Source: Eubacteriales bacterium
Lineage (GTDB): Bacteria > Bacillota > Clostridia > Oscillospirales > CAG-272
Reading direction: 5' to 3'
Length of the DNA: 64,000 nt
Assembly (NCBI GenBank): GCA_045660185.1
Contig: JAZRDI010000006.1
Coordinates: forward strand, 68,288-132,287
The translations under genes and the position numbers were made by a program. A model generated the notes under the pieces. That model saw only the letters and a program-made list of their open reading frames with translations, searched no databases and had not been told where the DNA came from. How positions within the stretch are numbered: the first letter of the stretch is position 1; each line of letters begins with the position of its first letter. Positions 19,636-28,132 of the stretch are shown here, piece after piece.

Positions 19636-20532
19636 TTAGTCAGAATCCGTAAAAGAATTCATATTCTCTGCTTTGCCGAGCATAAAGGTAGCCAATACGA
19701 TAAGCAAAATACCCAACGCTGAAACGAGACTTGGAATTTCGAAAAATATAGCCGCACTGAAAAGCGTAGCCGCAAGAGGCTCTATAATGCTTAAAGCAGA
19801 TGCTGTACCCGCAGGTAAATCTCGCATTGAAAGCGTGTAGAAGAAGTAGGGAAGAACGAACGTGAAAATGCCAAGTCCAATCATGAGAGGTACTGTAACG
19901 GCGGGAGCTTGTGATGCGTTTGAGAAAATGTGTGACGGTCTTGCTGTAATAAGAGCGGTTAAAGCCATAAACAAGAATCCGTAAAGAGAAAGGGTTATAG
20001 GATTGAGTCCTCTCGAAAGAGCAATTTTCGTTATAACGTTATATGTCGCGTAAACGATTCCCGAAAGTACGCCAAGCAATATGCCGAGCGGATTGAATTC
20101 GAGACCGCCGATGATTCCCGACGTCAAAGCGCACCCTATAAGCATAAGCGCAATAGACGCGGTTTTAAGTTTTGAGTTTTTCTCCTTTAAGAACGCCACC
20201 GAAAAGGCGGTTACGTATATCGGAGCTGTGTACATGAGAACGACTGCAGTAGCAACCGAAGTCATCTGCATTGAGGAGTAATACAGAGTTGCAGTGCCGT
20301 ATAGGGTTATACCTGAGAACACGGAAAAAATCAAATCCTTCAAGCCTATTCGCATAATACTTTTATTGAATATCAACGTATAAATCAGCATAGCCAGGAA
20401 GGATATAGTTCCTCGTATCAAGCTGAGCTGGGGAGCGGTGAAACCGTAGGGCGTCAGAAACTTGACGAATATTCCCGACGTTCCCCATAGCATTCCCGCA
20501 AGAATTATGTAAACCAACGCTTTAGTTTTCAT
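19636..20532 (-). CDS. EamA/DMT-family transporter
   Basis: 298 aa, 10 TM segments, with the two-fold EamA repeat architecture. Confidence 0.82.
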   Translation of the reverse strand: MKTKALVYIILAGMLWGTSGIFVKFLTPYGFTAPQLSLIRGTISFLAMLIYTLIFNKSIMRIGLKDLIFSVFSGITLYGTATLYYSSMQMTSVATAVVLMYTAPIYVTAFSVAFLKEKNSKLKTASIALMLIGCALTSGIIGGLEFNPLGILLGVLSGIVYATYNVITKIALSRGLNPITLSLYGFLFMALTALITARPSHIFSNASQAPAVTVPLMIGLGIFTFVLPYFFYTLSMRDLPAGTASALSIIEPLAATLFSAAIFFEIPSLVSALGILLIVLATFMLGKAENMNSFTDSD

Positions 20533-21184
20533 TTAAAGCCTCCGTGATACAGTTAAGAAGCATATCCGTATCGGTTTCCCCAAGGTCAAAGCAATTAAGG
20601 CTTTTGGGCATTTCAGAAAACAGAGCGTTGTAGTGGCATATTGCCGCAACTGCGCTTCCCGCGTATGAGGGGTGCGAAAGATCGGGCTTGTATAACTCGA
20701 AGCTTGGCATGGAGTTTAAAATTTTCAAGAATGCCTTTCCTACATGAGAAATCTCGGAGAATGACTTTTGTGCTGCTAAAATGTAAGCTTCGGTTAGCTT
20801 TTTATACATTTCTTCGCTTGTTAGGTCTAATTCTTTAAGCTTGTCAGAACCCGTTTTTCTGCCCCAAGTAGCGTAAAGAATTGTTCTTTTTGCGTTCACA
20901 AGCTCTTTGAGAGATTGAACTCCGTATAAGAATTTATCAGCGTTAACTATAGGGAAAAAGCTTTGCTCTTGAAGGAACAGAGCGTCGTATTCTTTTTGAG
21001 CAACTAAAAGCTTGATTTTTTCTCCGTATTCATCGCCTTCTTCGAGGTTTGAATAAAGGTGTCTGCCTCCCTTTGTTACGGAATCGGCAACAAGCTCTTT
21101 TCCGTTTTCGTTTGCAAGCGCCTCCAAAAGCTTCGGCATATCGTTAAAAAACGTATAACTGTTTCCAATAAAAAGTATTTTCAT
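20522..21184 (-). CDS. SGNH/GDSL-like hydrolase family protein
   Basis: Block I motif ILFIGNSYT and block V-like DLSHPS. Confidence 0.55.
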   Translation of the reverse strand: MKILFIGNSYTFFNDMPKLLEALANENGKELVADSVTKGGRHLYSNLEEGDEYGEKIKLLVAQKEYDALFLQEQSFFPIVNADKFLYGVQSLKELVNAKRTILYATWGRKTGSDKLKELDLTSEEMYKKLTEAYILAAQKSFSEISHVGKAFLKILNSMPSFELYKPDLSHPSYAGSAVAAICHYNALFSEMPKSLNCFDLGETDTDMLLNCITEALNEN

Positions 21185-21211
21185 GTGTCACCTCGTGTGA
21201 AAAATATACTG

Positions 21212-21856
21212 TTAAATAAGCAAAAGCTCGTCAAAACTTACAATATATTTATCGGCAATGCTTTTCATTTCTTCAACAGAATCATCGGAAGATTTGTCAT
21301 ATATTCCAAAGGAAATCATACCGCCTTCCTTGGCGGTTTTTACAGCATTGACGTTATCGTCTACAAAAATTATATTTTCAACCTTTTCTCCTATTTTTTC
21401 GGCGGCGAGCCTATATATTTCGGGATTGGCTTTCGTGGTGCTAAAATCATCACAGGACCATACGTTGTCAAAAATATCAAAAATACCGAGTCTTTTTAAA
21501 CACGTGTCCAAGGCTGAGTGGGGACTGGCGGTTAAAACGTTAAGACTGTCACCTCGTTCTTTTAATTTCAAAAGCGTTTCGATAACCGTATCCTTTGCTT
21601 CGATTTTGTTCGTATATGCATCTTGCGCGTAAGCTTGCATTGTCTTCATCAAATTTTCAACGCTATCGTTTATACCGAGCGTTTGAAAATATTTCGCAGT
21701 CCCCGCATACCCCAGGGGCGTGATGATTTTTACTATATCACTTTCATATTTTATTTCGTTCTCGTCAAGAATGCGAAGCATTAAACCGACGAAGTAAGGC
21801 ATCGAGTCAACAAGTGTGCCGTCAAAGTCAAATAAAAATGTGTTCTTTTTGTTCAT
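21212..21856 (-). CDS. HAD-superfamily hydrolase
   Basis: FDFDGTLVDS motif I and VDDN motif IV. I prefer the ATG at 21856 over the track start at 21907. Confidence 0.8.
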   Translation of the reverse strand: MNKKNTFLFDFDGTLVDSMPYFVGLMLRILDENEIKYESDIVKIITPLGYAGTAKYFQTLGINDSVENLMKTMQAYAQDAYTNKIEAKDTVIETLLKLKERGDSLNVLTASPHSALDTCLKRLGIFDIFDNVWSCDDFSTTKANPEIYRLAAEKIGEKVENIIFVDDNVNAVKTAKEGGMISFGIYDKSSDDSVEEMKSIADKYIVSFDELLLI

Positions 21857-21881
21857 TTGAGTATCCTTTTTATGATTGCTT

Positions 21882-22679
21882 TTAACCGAAGACCTCGGCT
21901 GCTGCAACGGTTTTGATGAGGGATAAATCTATTTTATCTCTTCCGTAAGCATCCAAAAATCTTTCAGCATATTTGTTTGTTTTAAGGTTAAACCAAAGAG
22001 TCCATACTCCCCAGAATATATCTATATGTCTGTCACCTACGCCACCGTTTCCAAGGTCAATAAAACCTGAAAAATTCCAGTTATCAAGCATTATATTCGG
22101 CAAACAGTAGTCACCGTGTAAAAGCACGTCGCTTTTAAAGCCGCTTCTTCCATCATTTAAAGCGGAGTAAGCCTCAAGCGCGTTTTTGTAGCCGAAGCTA
22201 TCGGGGAATGCCGATTTATCGTAGTTGCCGGTTGCATAGTTTTTGTCCGCGAGGGCGAGGTAATCTTTCATTCTGTTTTGTACGGGACAACCGGTAAAGT
22301 CAGTCTCGTGCAGAAGCCGTAAGCGTGTTGCGATAGTGTCGCACAATTTCTTTGGATTATCAAGATAAACCGAGTGAGTGCAATCTTCGCCCGATATTGC
22401 CGTGGTTAAAAGCATGTCATTTCCATCGTTTGAAGCGTAACGAATGACTTTTGCGCCAAGACCTTTCGAGTGAAAATACGCAGTCATATCAGCTTCGGAC
22501 TTTAATTCTCCGGCCTTGTTTATTTTGAGATAATAGCCGGTGTCCTTTTCGATAAAGTACACACGCGCCTCGGGGGAGCATGAGCTATCGAAAATTTTTG
22601 CGTCTTTTATGAGGCTTGAAAAATCCTCGGGCAGTGAATAAGGAATTTTATCTATTAGCGTTTTTTTCATATAAATCAA
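21882..22679 (-). CDS. Aminoglycoside 3'-phosphotransferase-like kinase (APH family)
   Basis: Catalytic loop HGDYCLPNIM and SGFIDLGNGGVGDRHIDI, laid out like APH(3') enzymes; 265 aa. The TTG start overlaps the upstream stop (TTGA). ATG at 22670 is an alternative. Confidence 0.78.
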   Translation of the reverse strand: MIYMKKTLIDKIPYSLPEDFSSLIKDAKIFDSSCSPEARVYFIEKDTGYYLKINKAGELKSEADMTAYFHSKGLGAKVIRYASNDGNDMLLTTAISGEDCTHSVYLDNPKKLCDTIATRLRLLHETDFTGCPVQNRMKDYLALADKNYATGNYDKSAFPDSFGYKNALEAYSALNDGRSGFKSDVLLHGDYCLPNIMLDNWNFSGFIDLGNGGVGDRHIDIFWGVWTLWFNLKTNKYAERFLDAYGRDKIDLSLIKTVAAAEVFG

Positions 22680-23563
22680 ACTTTTCTTTTAAAGTTACCG
22701 AACACTTCGTTTACCTTTTCGAAGCTTGCGAAAGTTCCGGGATAGCTTTTAATTATTTTCATCATTTCTCCGATTTGGCGTTTGTTTACTATGCATATAA
22801 GAACAAACTTATCGGTATCAGAGTACATTCCGTGAGCTTTTATAAGGGTTACACCGTGTTTAAGGCGGGTGATAAGGTCTGCGGAAAGCTCGCTTGGCTT
22901 GTCTGTAACAATTTCGAATCTGTAGCCGTCCTTGATACCGCCGAGACCGTGGTCAACGATAACGTTCGCGATAAAGAGGTTTATGAGCGTGCAGATAACG
23001 GGCGTGATTTTCATACCGTAAACGAAAAAGGCTATAAAAACAACTGTTGAATCGAGTATAAACGAAACATACGCTATATTCATCTCTGGGTGAGCCTTTT
23101 TTAGCAGAGCGGAAATTCCGTACGTTCCGCCGCTTGCACCGAATCTTTTAAGCATAATTGAAAATCCAAAACCGGAAATAACACCCGTTGCAATACAAGC
23201 AAACACGATATTGAAATCATCACCGCTCGTGGCGAGTGAGTAGGGCTTAAATCCAACGAGGTCATAAAGAATAGGCATTAACGATTGAATGCATATATAA
23301 GCGCTTAACATAATTCCGAGCTTTTTGTTTATCTTCGCGCTGACGAGAATAAATATCGGCAGGTTGAATGCGATCATTAACAATGACCAGTTTACAGCGT
23401 TATTTAAGAAGTGATGTGTTATCGTTGCAAGACCGCCAACTCCGCCGGGAGCAAATCCATTACTGTTCTGGAAGAAGTAGTAAGCAGTTCCGACTATCAT
23501 ACCGGCTACGATAACGTGCAAAACGTCAAAAATCAAGTATTTAGAATTGTTGTTCGTTTTCAT
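22676..23563 (-). CDS. YitT-family membrane protein (DUF2179 C-terminal domain)
   Basis: Polytopic N-terminal part plus a soluble C-terminal domain. I prefer the ATG at 23563. Confidence 0.75.
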   Translation of the reverse strand: MKTNNNSKYLIFDVLHVIVAGMIVGTAYYFFQNSNGFAPGGVGGLATITHHFLNNAVNWSLLMIAFNLPIFILVSAKINKKLGIMLSAYICIQSLMPILYDLVGFKPYSLATSGDDFNIVFACIATGVISGFGFSIMLKRFGASGGTYGISALLKKAHPEMNIAYVSFILDSTVVFIAFFVYGMKITPVICTLINLFIANVIVDHGLGGIKDGYRFEIVTDKPSELSADLITRLKHGVTLIKAHGMYSDTDKFVLICIVNKRQIGEMMKIIKSYPGTFASFEKVNEVFGNFKRKV

Positions 23564-23573
23564 ATAATATACC

Positions 23574-23924
23574 TTAATAGTCCTCGTCAAGCGGATCGAA
23601 TCTGTCTGCGATAAAATTTAAAAACTCAATAAAATCGTAAAGATCTTGCATTCCCTTGAAGGGGCGAATTATGCGCCAATGATCAAATTGAAAACCGTGA
23701 GATTCGCAAAGCTCTTGCCATTCGGTAGGTTCAACTTCGTCGAAAACCTCTTTTGTTTCGCCTAAATCATTAAGAATAATCTCATCACCGCGATCGTAAA
23801 GGGTAATGGGAAAAGAGTGGCATCCATCAAGAGTTCTGTTTGTTCTGATAACTTCGCAATGCGGTGCCATGCGGAGTGTTTCAAACTCGGTTCTTACCAA
23901 CGCTAATGCTTCTTGATACGTCAT
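23574..23924 (-). CDS. Hypothetical acidic cytoplasmic protein (116 aa)
   Basis: ORF lies immediately downstream (5 nt) of the CN-hydrolase/GDPD gene on the same strand. No family recognised. Confidence 0.5.
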   Translation of the reverse strand: MTYQEALALVRTEFETLRMAPHCEVIRTNRTLDGCHSFPITLYDRGDEIILNDLGETKEVFDEVEPTEWQELCESHGFQFDHWRIIRPFKGMQDLYDFIEFLNFIADRFDPLDEDY

Positions 23925-23928
23925 ATCT

Positions 23929-25596
23929 TTATTCTCCTATTTTAATAGAAAGGCGATTTTTAGCTGTAGTGAGCGCACTCTTTCGGAATGTCTCCGTGTG
24001 ATTTTTTATTTTAAGGTAATCGTTCGTGAGTATTGTGTCAATACCCATTTCGAGAAATTCAAGTGCCTCATCCGGCTTGTCCGACCAGAATACGTTGCAT
24101 AAAATTCCGTTCGCATGGGCTTTGTTAACACTCTCTTGATTGAAATACGGCTTGAAGAGCTGAACCTTGTATGCGCCGAGAGAAATAGCTCTGTCAACTA
24201 TTGACATAGGGTCGCGGTTTCCGTCCCAACCAACGCAACACTTAATATCGGGCGCATACTCCATAGCCTTTTTAATAGCGAGGTCATTTGACGTCATAAA
24301 ATAAACGTGTCTTTCGCAGTCGTATTTTCTGATGAGCGCGACTATTTCTTCAAGCATATCGTTTTCAAGCTTATAGTCCCATATCTTGACGTGAATATTC
24401 ATTATAACGCGTCCTGAGAATTTTTGAAGTATTTCTTCAAAAGTTGTTATCTTGAGTCCGCCGAACTTATCTGCGGATTTTATGCCGAAGTCGAGCTTTG
24501 AAAGCTCCTCGTAAGTATGCTCGTAAATTTTTCCGTGACCGTTGCTTACGCGATCAAGCGTATCGTCATGGCAAGAAACGAGAACTCCGTCTGTAGTTGA
24601 CCAAAGATCAAATTCAATCTCTTCCGCGCCAAGCGCAACCGCTGCTCCAAATGCCGGCATAGTGTTTTCGGGTGCAGCAGTGCTAAATCCTCTGTGAGCG
24701 CAAAGTCTTGGATATGGCATAACAGAATCGAAGGGAACTACCGAAGCACCGCCGTTGCGGTAAAGCCAGGGTCTGCGACCCTCTTCCATGTATTGATAAT
24801 GCGCTTTAGGCGAACCCCCGTGTCCTGCCGCCTTATAGTACTTTTCATGGGGGTCTATGTCGCATACGCCGAGTCCCGCACTGCTCTCCATATTGAGAAG
24901 AATTTCGCCTTTAGGGGAAACGACCATACTGCAACCGCAAACTCTCGAGTTCTCACCAAGCGAAACTGATGCGCGTATAAGATAAGCGTTTGTATTATAG
25001 CAAAGAAATTTGTTTATGATAGAAAGCGCCTCGTGTGTGTCGGTTCTTTGGAGCGAGCAACCGATGATTATATCCACGTTTTCACGCGCTATCCTTGCAA
25101 AATTTTCGTAGAAATAGAAGTCATAGCAAGTGAGAAAGGCGAATCTCAAACCCTCGCGCTCCATAATCATCGGCTCGGCAGTCTCGTAGCTATACGCAAC
25201 GTCAACTTCATATCCGCCCTCGTCATTCGTTCTGACCTCGCTCGGAGCGGGATGGGCTTTGAAATATTTTGTAATAAGATTTCCGTTTCTGTCAAACGCG
25301 TAAGTCGTATTTCTTATTCCGCCATCGCACATGCAACCGGCATTTACAAAAACAATGGAATTGCATCGTCTTGCGGTTGCAGAAACCTTTTCCAAAAGAG
25401 TCTTGTTGTATTTATCAAACGCACCGTAAAGCCCCGGTTTGCCGTGAACGTCTGCGGGAGCGTCGCTGTATTCGGGGAGAACTATTATATCCATGCTTTC
25501 ATCGCAACCGTCGAGCATCTCGAGTAGTCCGTTGAAGCAAGAGTCAATATCAAGATCATTGAAGGAATATTTAGGTTGGAGAACACAAACTTTCAT
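23929..25596 (-). CDS. Fusion protein: carbon-nitrogen hydrolase (nitrilase superfamily) N-domain plus glycerophosphodiester phosphodiesterase (GDPD) C-domain
   Basis: N-domain has the E-K-C triad context (VLPEY, KYFKAHP, FLTCYDF). C-domain has HRGFSTAAPENT, EFDLW and CHDDTLDR. Confidence 0.8.
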   Translation of the reverse strand: MKVCVLQPKYSFNDLDIDSCFNGLLEMLDGCDESMDIIVLPEYSDAPADVHGKPGLYGAFDKYNKTLLEKVSATARRCNSIVFVNAGCMCDGGIRNTTYAFDRNGNLITKYFKAHPAPSEVRTNDEGGYEVDVAYSYETAEPMIMEREGLRFAFLTCYDFYFYENFARIARENVDIIIGCSLQRTDTHEALSIINKFLCYNTNAYLIRASVSLGENSRVCGCSMVVSPKGEILLNMESSAGLGVCDIDPHEKYYKAAGHGGSPKAHYQYMEEGRRPWLYRNGGASVVPFDSVMPYPRLCAHRGFSTAAPENTMPAFGAAVALGAEEIEFDLWSTTDGVLVSCHDDTLDRVSNGHGKIYEHTYEELSKLDFGIKSADKFGGLKITTFEEILQKFSGRVIMNIHVKIWDYKLENDMLEEIVALIRKYDCERHVYFMTSNDLAIKKAMEYAPDIKCCVGWDGNRDPMSIVDRAISLGAYKVQLFKPYFNQESVNKAHANGILCNVFWSDKPDEALEFLEMGIDTILTNDYLKIKNHTETFRKSALTTAKNRLSIKIGE

Positions 25597-25655
25597 TTTT
25601 ACTTCCTTAATCTGTGGTTAATTGAATGTACTGTTTTTGTAAAATGCAATGGTAT

Positions 25656-26372
25656 TTATTGTTTATTTGTTCGGCAAGCCTTAACGAAATCTTCGAAAAG
25701 CGCAAGGTTGCTCTCTTCGGTTTCAATAAGTCTTTCGGGATGCCATTGGTATGCCCTGATATAAGGAGACTCTGTTGAATAAATTGCTTCGATTATTCCA
25801 TCGTCAGCTAAAGCCATAACCTCAAGTTTTTTACCAAGAGTCTTTATTGCTTGATGATGAAAACTGTTTGCGCTTACCGTATCGTTGGAAATTAAATCTT
25901 CAAGCGGTGTCCCTTTTACAATCTTAACTTTGTGCGACGGCATATCTTTAGGCTCTGTTTGTCTGTGCTGTATATAGCTTTTTGTTTCGCTCGAAATATC
26001 TTGATAAAGCGTTCCGCCGAGAGCAACGTTTATAAATTGCGCGCCCCGGCATATCGCCATAATGGGCTTGTCGGTCGGATATATCTTTTCAAAAGCTTTA
26101 AATTCAAGCTCGTCGCGATAACGCTGTATATCTGCGCAAGCTTCCTTTTTTTCTTCTCCGTAACGGCAGGGCTCAATGTCAGCTCCACCTGTGAACAAGA
26201 ATCCGTCGCAAAGACCGACGAACGCATCAATGCTTTCGTCATTTTCAACGTACGGCAAAAGAACGGGAGCGCCGCCGGCACGCTCTATTGCTTTCGTGTA
26301 TGTGTTTTGTAATTTCGTAGTAATTTCGTCATCGACAACCCCAAATATGCCGATAATAACCTGACCTTGCAT
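25656..26372 (-). CDS. Gamma-glutamyl-gamma-aminobutyrate hydrolase family protein (peptidase C26, class I glutamine amidotransferase-like)
   Basis: AICRGAQFINVALGGTLYQD with the nucleophile Cys; FHHQ and WHPE motifs. Confidence 0.85.
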   Translation of the reverse strand: MQGQVIIGIFGVVDDEITTKLQNTYTKAIERAGGAPVLLPYVENDESIDAFVGLCDGFLFTGGADIEPCRYGEEKKEACADIQRYRDELEFKAFEKIYPTDKPIMAICRGAQFINVALGGTLYQDISSETKSYIQHRQTEPKDMPSHKVKIVKGTPLEDLISNDTVSANSFHHQAIKTLGKKLEVMALADDGIIEAIYSTESPYIRAYQWHPERLIETEESNLALFEDFVKACRTNKQ

Positions 26373-26515
26373 AGAGTGACCTTTCGTGAAGAGTGTTTAA
26401 GTTGTATTTGTTTACATTTAATGGCAACTGAACAACTAAATTATTGTATGTATGTCTCTATATTTTTAAACCACAGTAAAACAAATTTTAGTGATTAAAG
26501 ATTAAAATTTAAAAC

Positions 26516-27103
26516 TCAAGTTAGCCAAAAACCAATAGCGTCTTCGTAGTATGAAGCATCGACACCATCGTGTTTTATCCAAGCTACGTAGAATATTATA
26601 TTTTCTTCCGAGCGATCTAAAAGTCTAAATGTAAATCCACTGTCATCTTCTGAACGTTCTACACAGTATCTGCGAAATTTCGTTATATCATATTCAAAGG
26701 GTTCTTCGCGGGTTGCATTTTGTTGGCAACGCTTGTAGTGGAATAACAATTGACGATTCATTTCCTTGTCATTTGGATCATACATTCCAAGACCTAATGT
26801 CCAACCGTCTTTTGTTATGACTAAAGCCTCGTTAGCTTCGTCGCTTGATTGAAATTCAAGTTTTCCGGGAGTGAACATTATTTTAAAGTCTCTGCCAAAA
26901 TCGAGATCGTTTGTGTTGATGATTATTTTATATGACGTTTCCGTGTGTAGATATTTTCCTGTAGGAACAGTAAATTTCTCATAAACTTCGTAAGTTAAGG
27001 TTATGATGTTTTTTGAAATAGTGAACGGAATGGTTTTATTGCCGTCTGTGATTAAGACGATGCCTATCGGTGTTTCAAGTTGCTTTAATTCTTGTTTTTT
27101 CAT
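26516..27103 (-). CDS. Hypothetical cytoplasmic protein (195 aa)
   Basis: ATG at 27103 preceded by GAAAGGAG. The first 12 codons of the track ORF are the rlmD-tail remnant read in another frame. No family recognised. Confidence 0.55.
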   Translation of the reverse strand: MKKQELKQLETPIGIVLITDGNKTIPFTISKNIITLTYEVYEKFTVPTGKYLHTETSYKIIINTNDLDFGRDFKIMFTPGKLEFQSSDEANEALVITKDGWTLGLGMYDPNDKEMNRQLLFHYKRCQQNATREEPFEYDITKFRRYCVERSEDDSGFTFRLLDRSEENIIFYVAWIKHDGVDASYYEDAIGFWLT

Positions 27104-27120
27104 ATCAAAAACTCCTTTCG

Positions 27121-27143
27121 AGACAAACCACGCTTTCAACGCG
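27121..27143 (-). repeat. Displaced copy of the rlmD 3' end (att-like direct repeat)
   Basis: AGACAAACCACGCTTTCAACGCG versus 28125-28147 AGACAAACCACGCTTTCGACGTG: 21/23 identical, with the first 17 identical. The minus strand reads ...RVESVVCLERSF*, whereas intact RlmD ends ...HVESVVCLTRE*. Confidence 0.7.
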
Positions 27144-27235
27144 GACGGGGACTCTAAAAGGTCTCAAAATGGTCAAAATATGGGGGTGGAAACTCCAAAA
27201 TGTATATTTTATTTCCCATTCAACGTAATTTTGTA

Positions 27236-27787
27236 TTAGTGGATAGAACTTGCCTTTTCGACAAGCCATGTCAGTTGTTCTGGAGAAGTTTCCTTAATAA
27301 AGAAACAAAGGCTTCCCACATCCATTGCTTGAATGACTAATGGTCTTTCATCTTCAAGTGACATATGCACCACTGCTCTATATGGAACATCAAAATGATA
27401 TATTTTTCCAAAATGGCAAAAGGCGATGTGAATTTCCTCGGCTCCAAAATAAAGGCGTGTTTCACACACTTCTTGTTTCAATCCCTCGCCATAATGCATA
27501 AAGGCAAAAAATATTTGTTCGTACGGAACGTCACGTGTGGCTTCGTATTCTGTGAATTTTGCTTGCGCCTTGGGGTTTTCGAACGAAAACGGCTTTTGGA
27601 ATTTTTCAACAATTATCCAAATGAAATAAAATGCAATTGCCCAAGCCAATCCGAGTCCTAAACAAATCAATGCCCAGTACCAAGGATAACCAATTTCAGC
27701 ACCAAATCCAAAGAAAAATGGAATGGCAACCAATACACCTCCTACAAGGCATATAAGGAAAAACTTTTTTCTAAACTTTTTATCCAC
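27236..27787 (-). CDS. Hypothetical membrane protein (3 N-terminal hydrophobic segments by eye plus a soluble C-terminal domain)
   Basis: 183 aa. It is the only ORF between the two rlmD-tail direct repeats. No family recognised. Confidence 0.55.
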   Translation of the reverse strand: MDKKFRKKFFLICLVGGVLVAIPFFFGFGAEIGYPWYWALICLGLGLAWAIAFYFIWIIVEKFQKPFSFENPKAQAKFTEYEATRDVPYEQIFFAFMHYGEGLKQEVCETRLYFGAEEIHIAFCHFGKIYHFDVPYRAVVHMSLEDERPLVIQAMDVGSLCFFIKETSPEQLTWLVEKASSIH

Positions 27788-27985
27788 GGGTTATCTCCCT
27801 TTAAGATGTACTCACAAATGATTTTTCTATATGTTATACCAAACAGATGTAAATTGAAGTTTCGAGTTTTGTTCAAAATCATTATTTGTCCCAACGAAAA
27901 ATTGGGCATTTTTTGATTTTGAACACAAGCTCGAAAGGAAACATATATTCCGTTAAAGGATATATGTTACTCTCGCGCCGAGGGC

Positions 27986-28008
27986 GTGACACGGTACGTC
28001 GAAAGCGT
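27986..28008 (+). repeat. Inverted partial third copy of the rlmD 3' coding end
   Basis: GTGACACGGTACGTCGAAAGCGT reads VTRYVESV on the plus strand (RlmD has MTGHVESV). ACGTCGAAAGCGT is the exact complement of 28133-28145. Confidence 0.6.
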
Positions 28009-28104
28009 TCTTCGTTCTTGCCTTGCGGCAAGCCCTCGAAAATCTCGAAGTCAATCTATCCTTACGTGCAAGCACGACGGCTATATTGACATCGGATTTT
28101 CTCT

Positions 28105-28132
28105 GTTTGTCTTACTCGCGAGTAAGACAAAC
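28105..28132. repeat. 28-bp perfect palindrome spanning the rlmD stop codon
   Basis: GTTTGTCTTACTCG|CGAGTAAGACAAAC. The right half encodes VCLTRE*. No U-tract follows on either strand. Confidence 0.85.
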
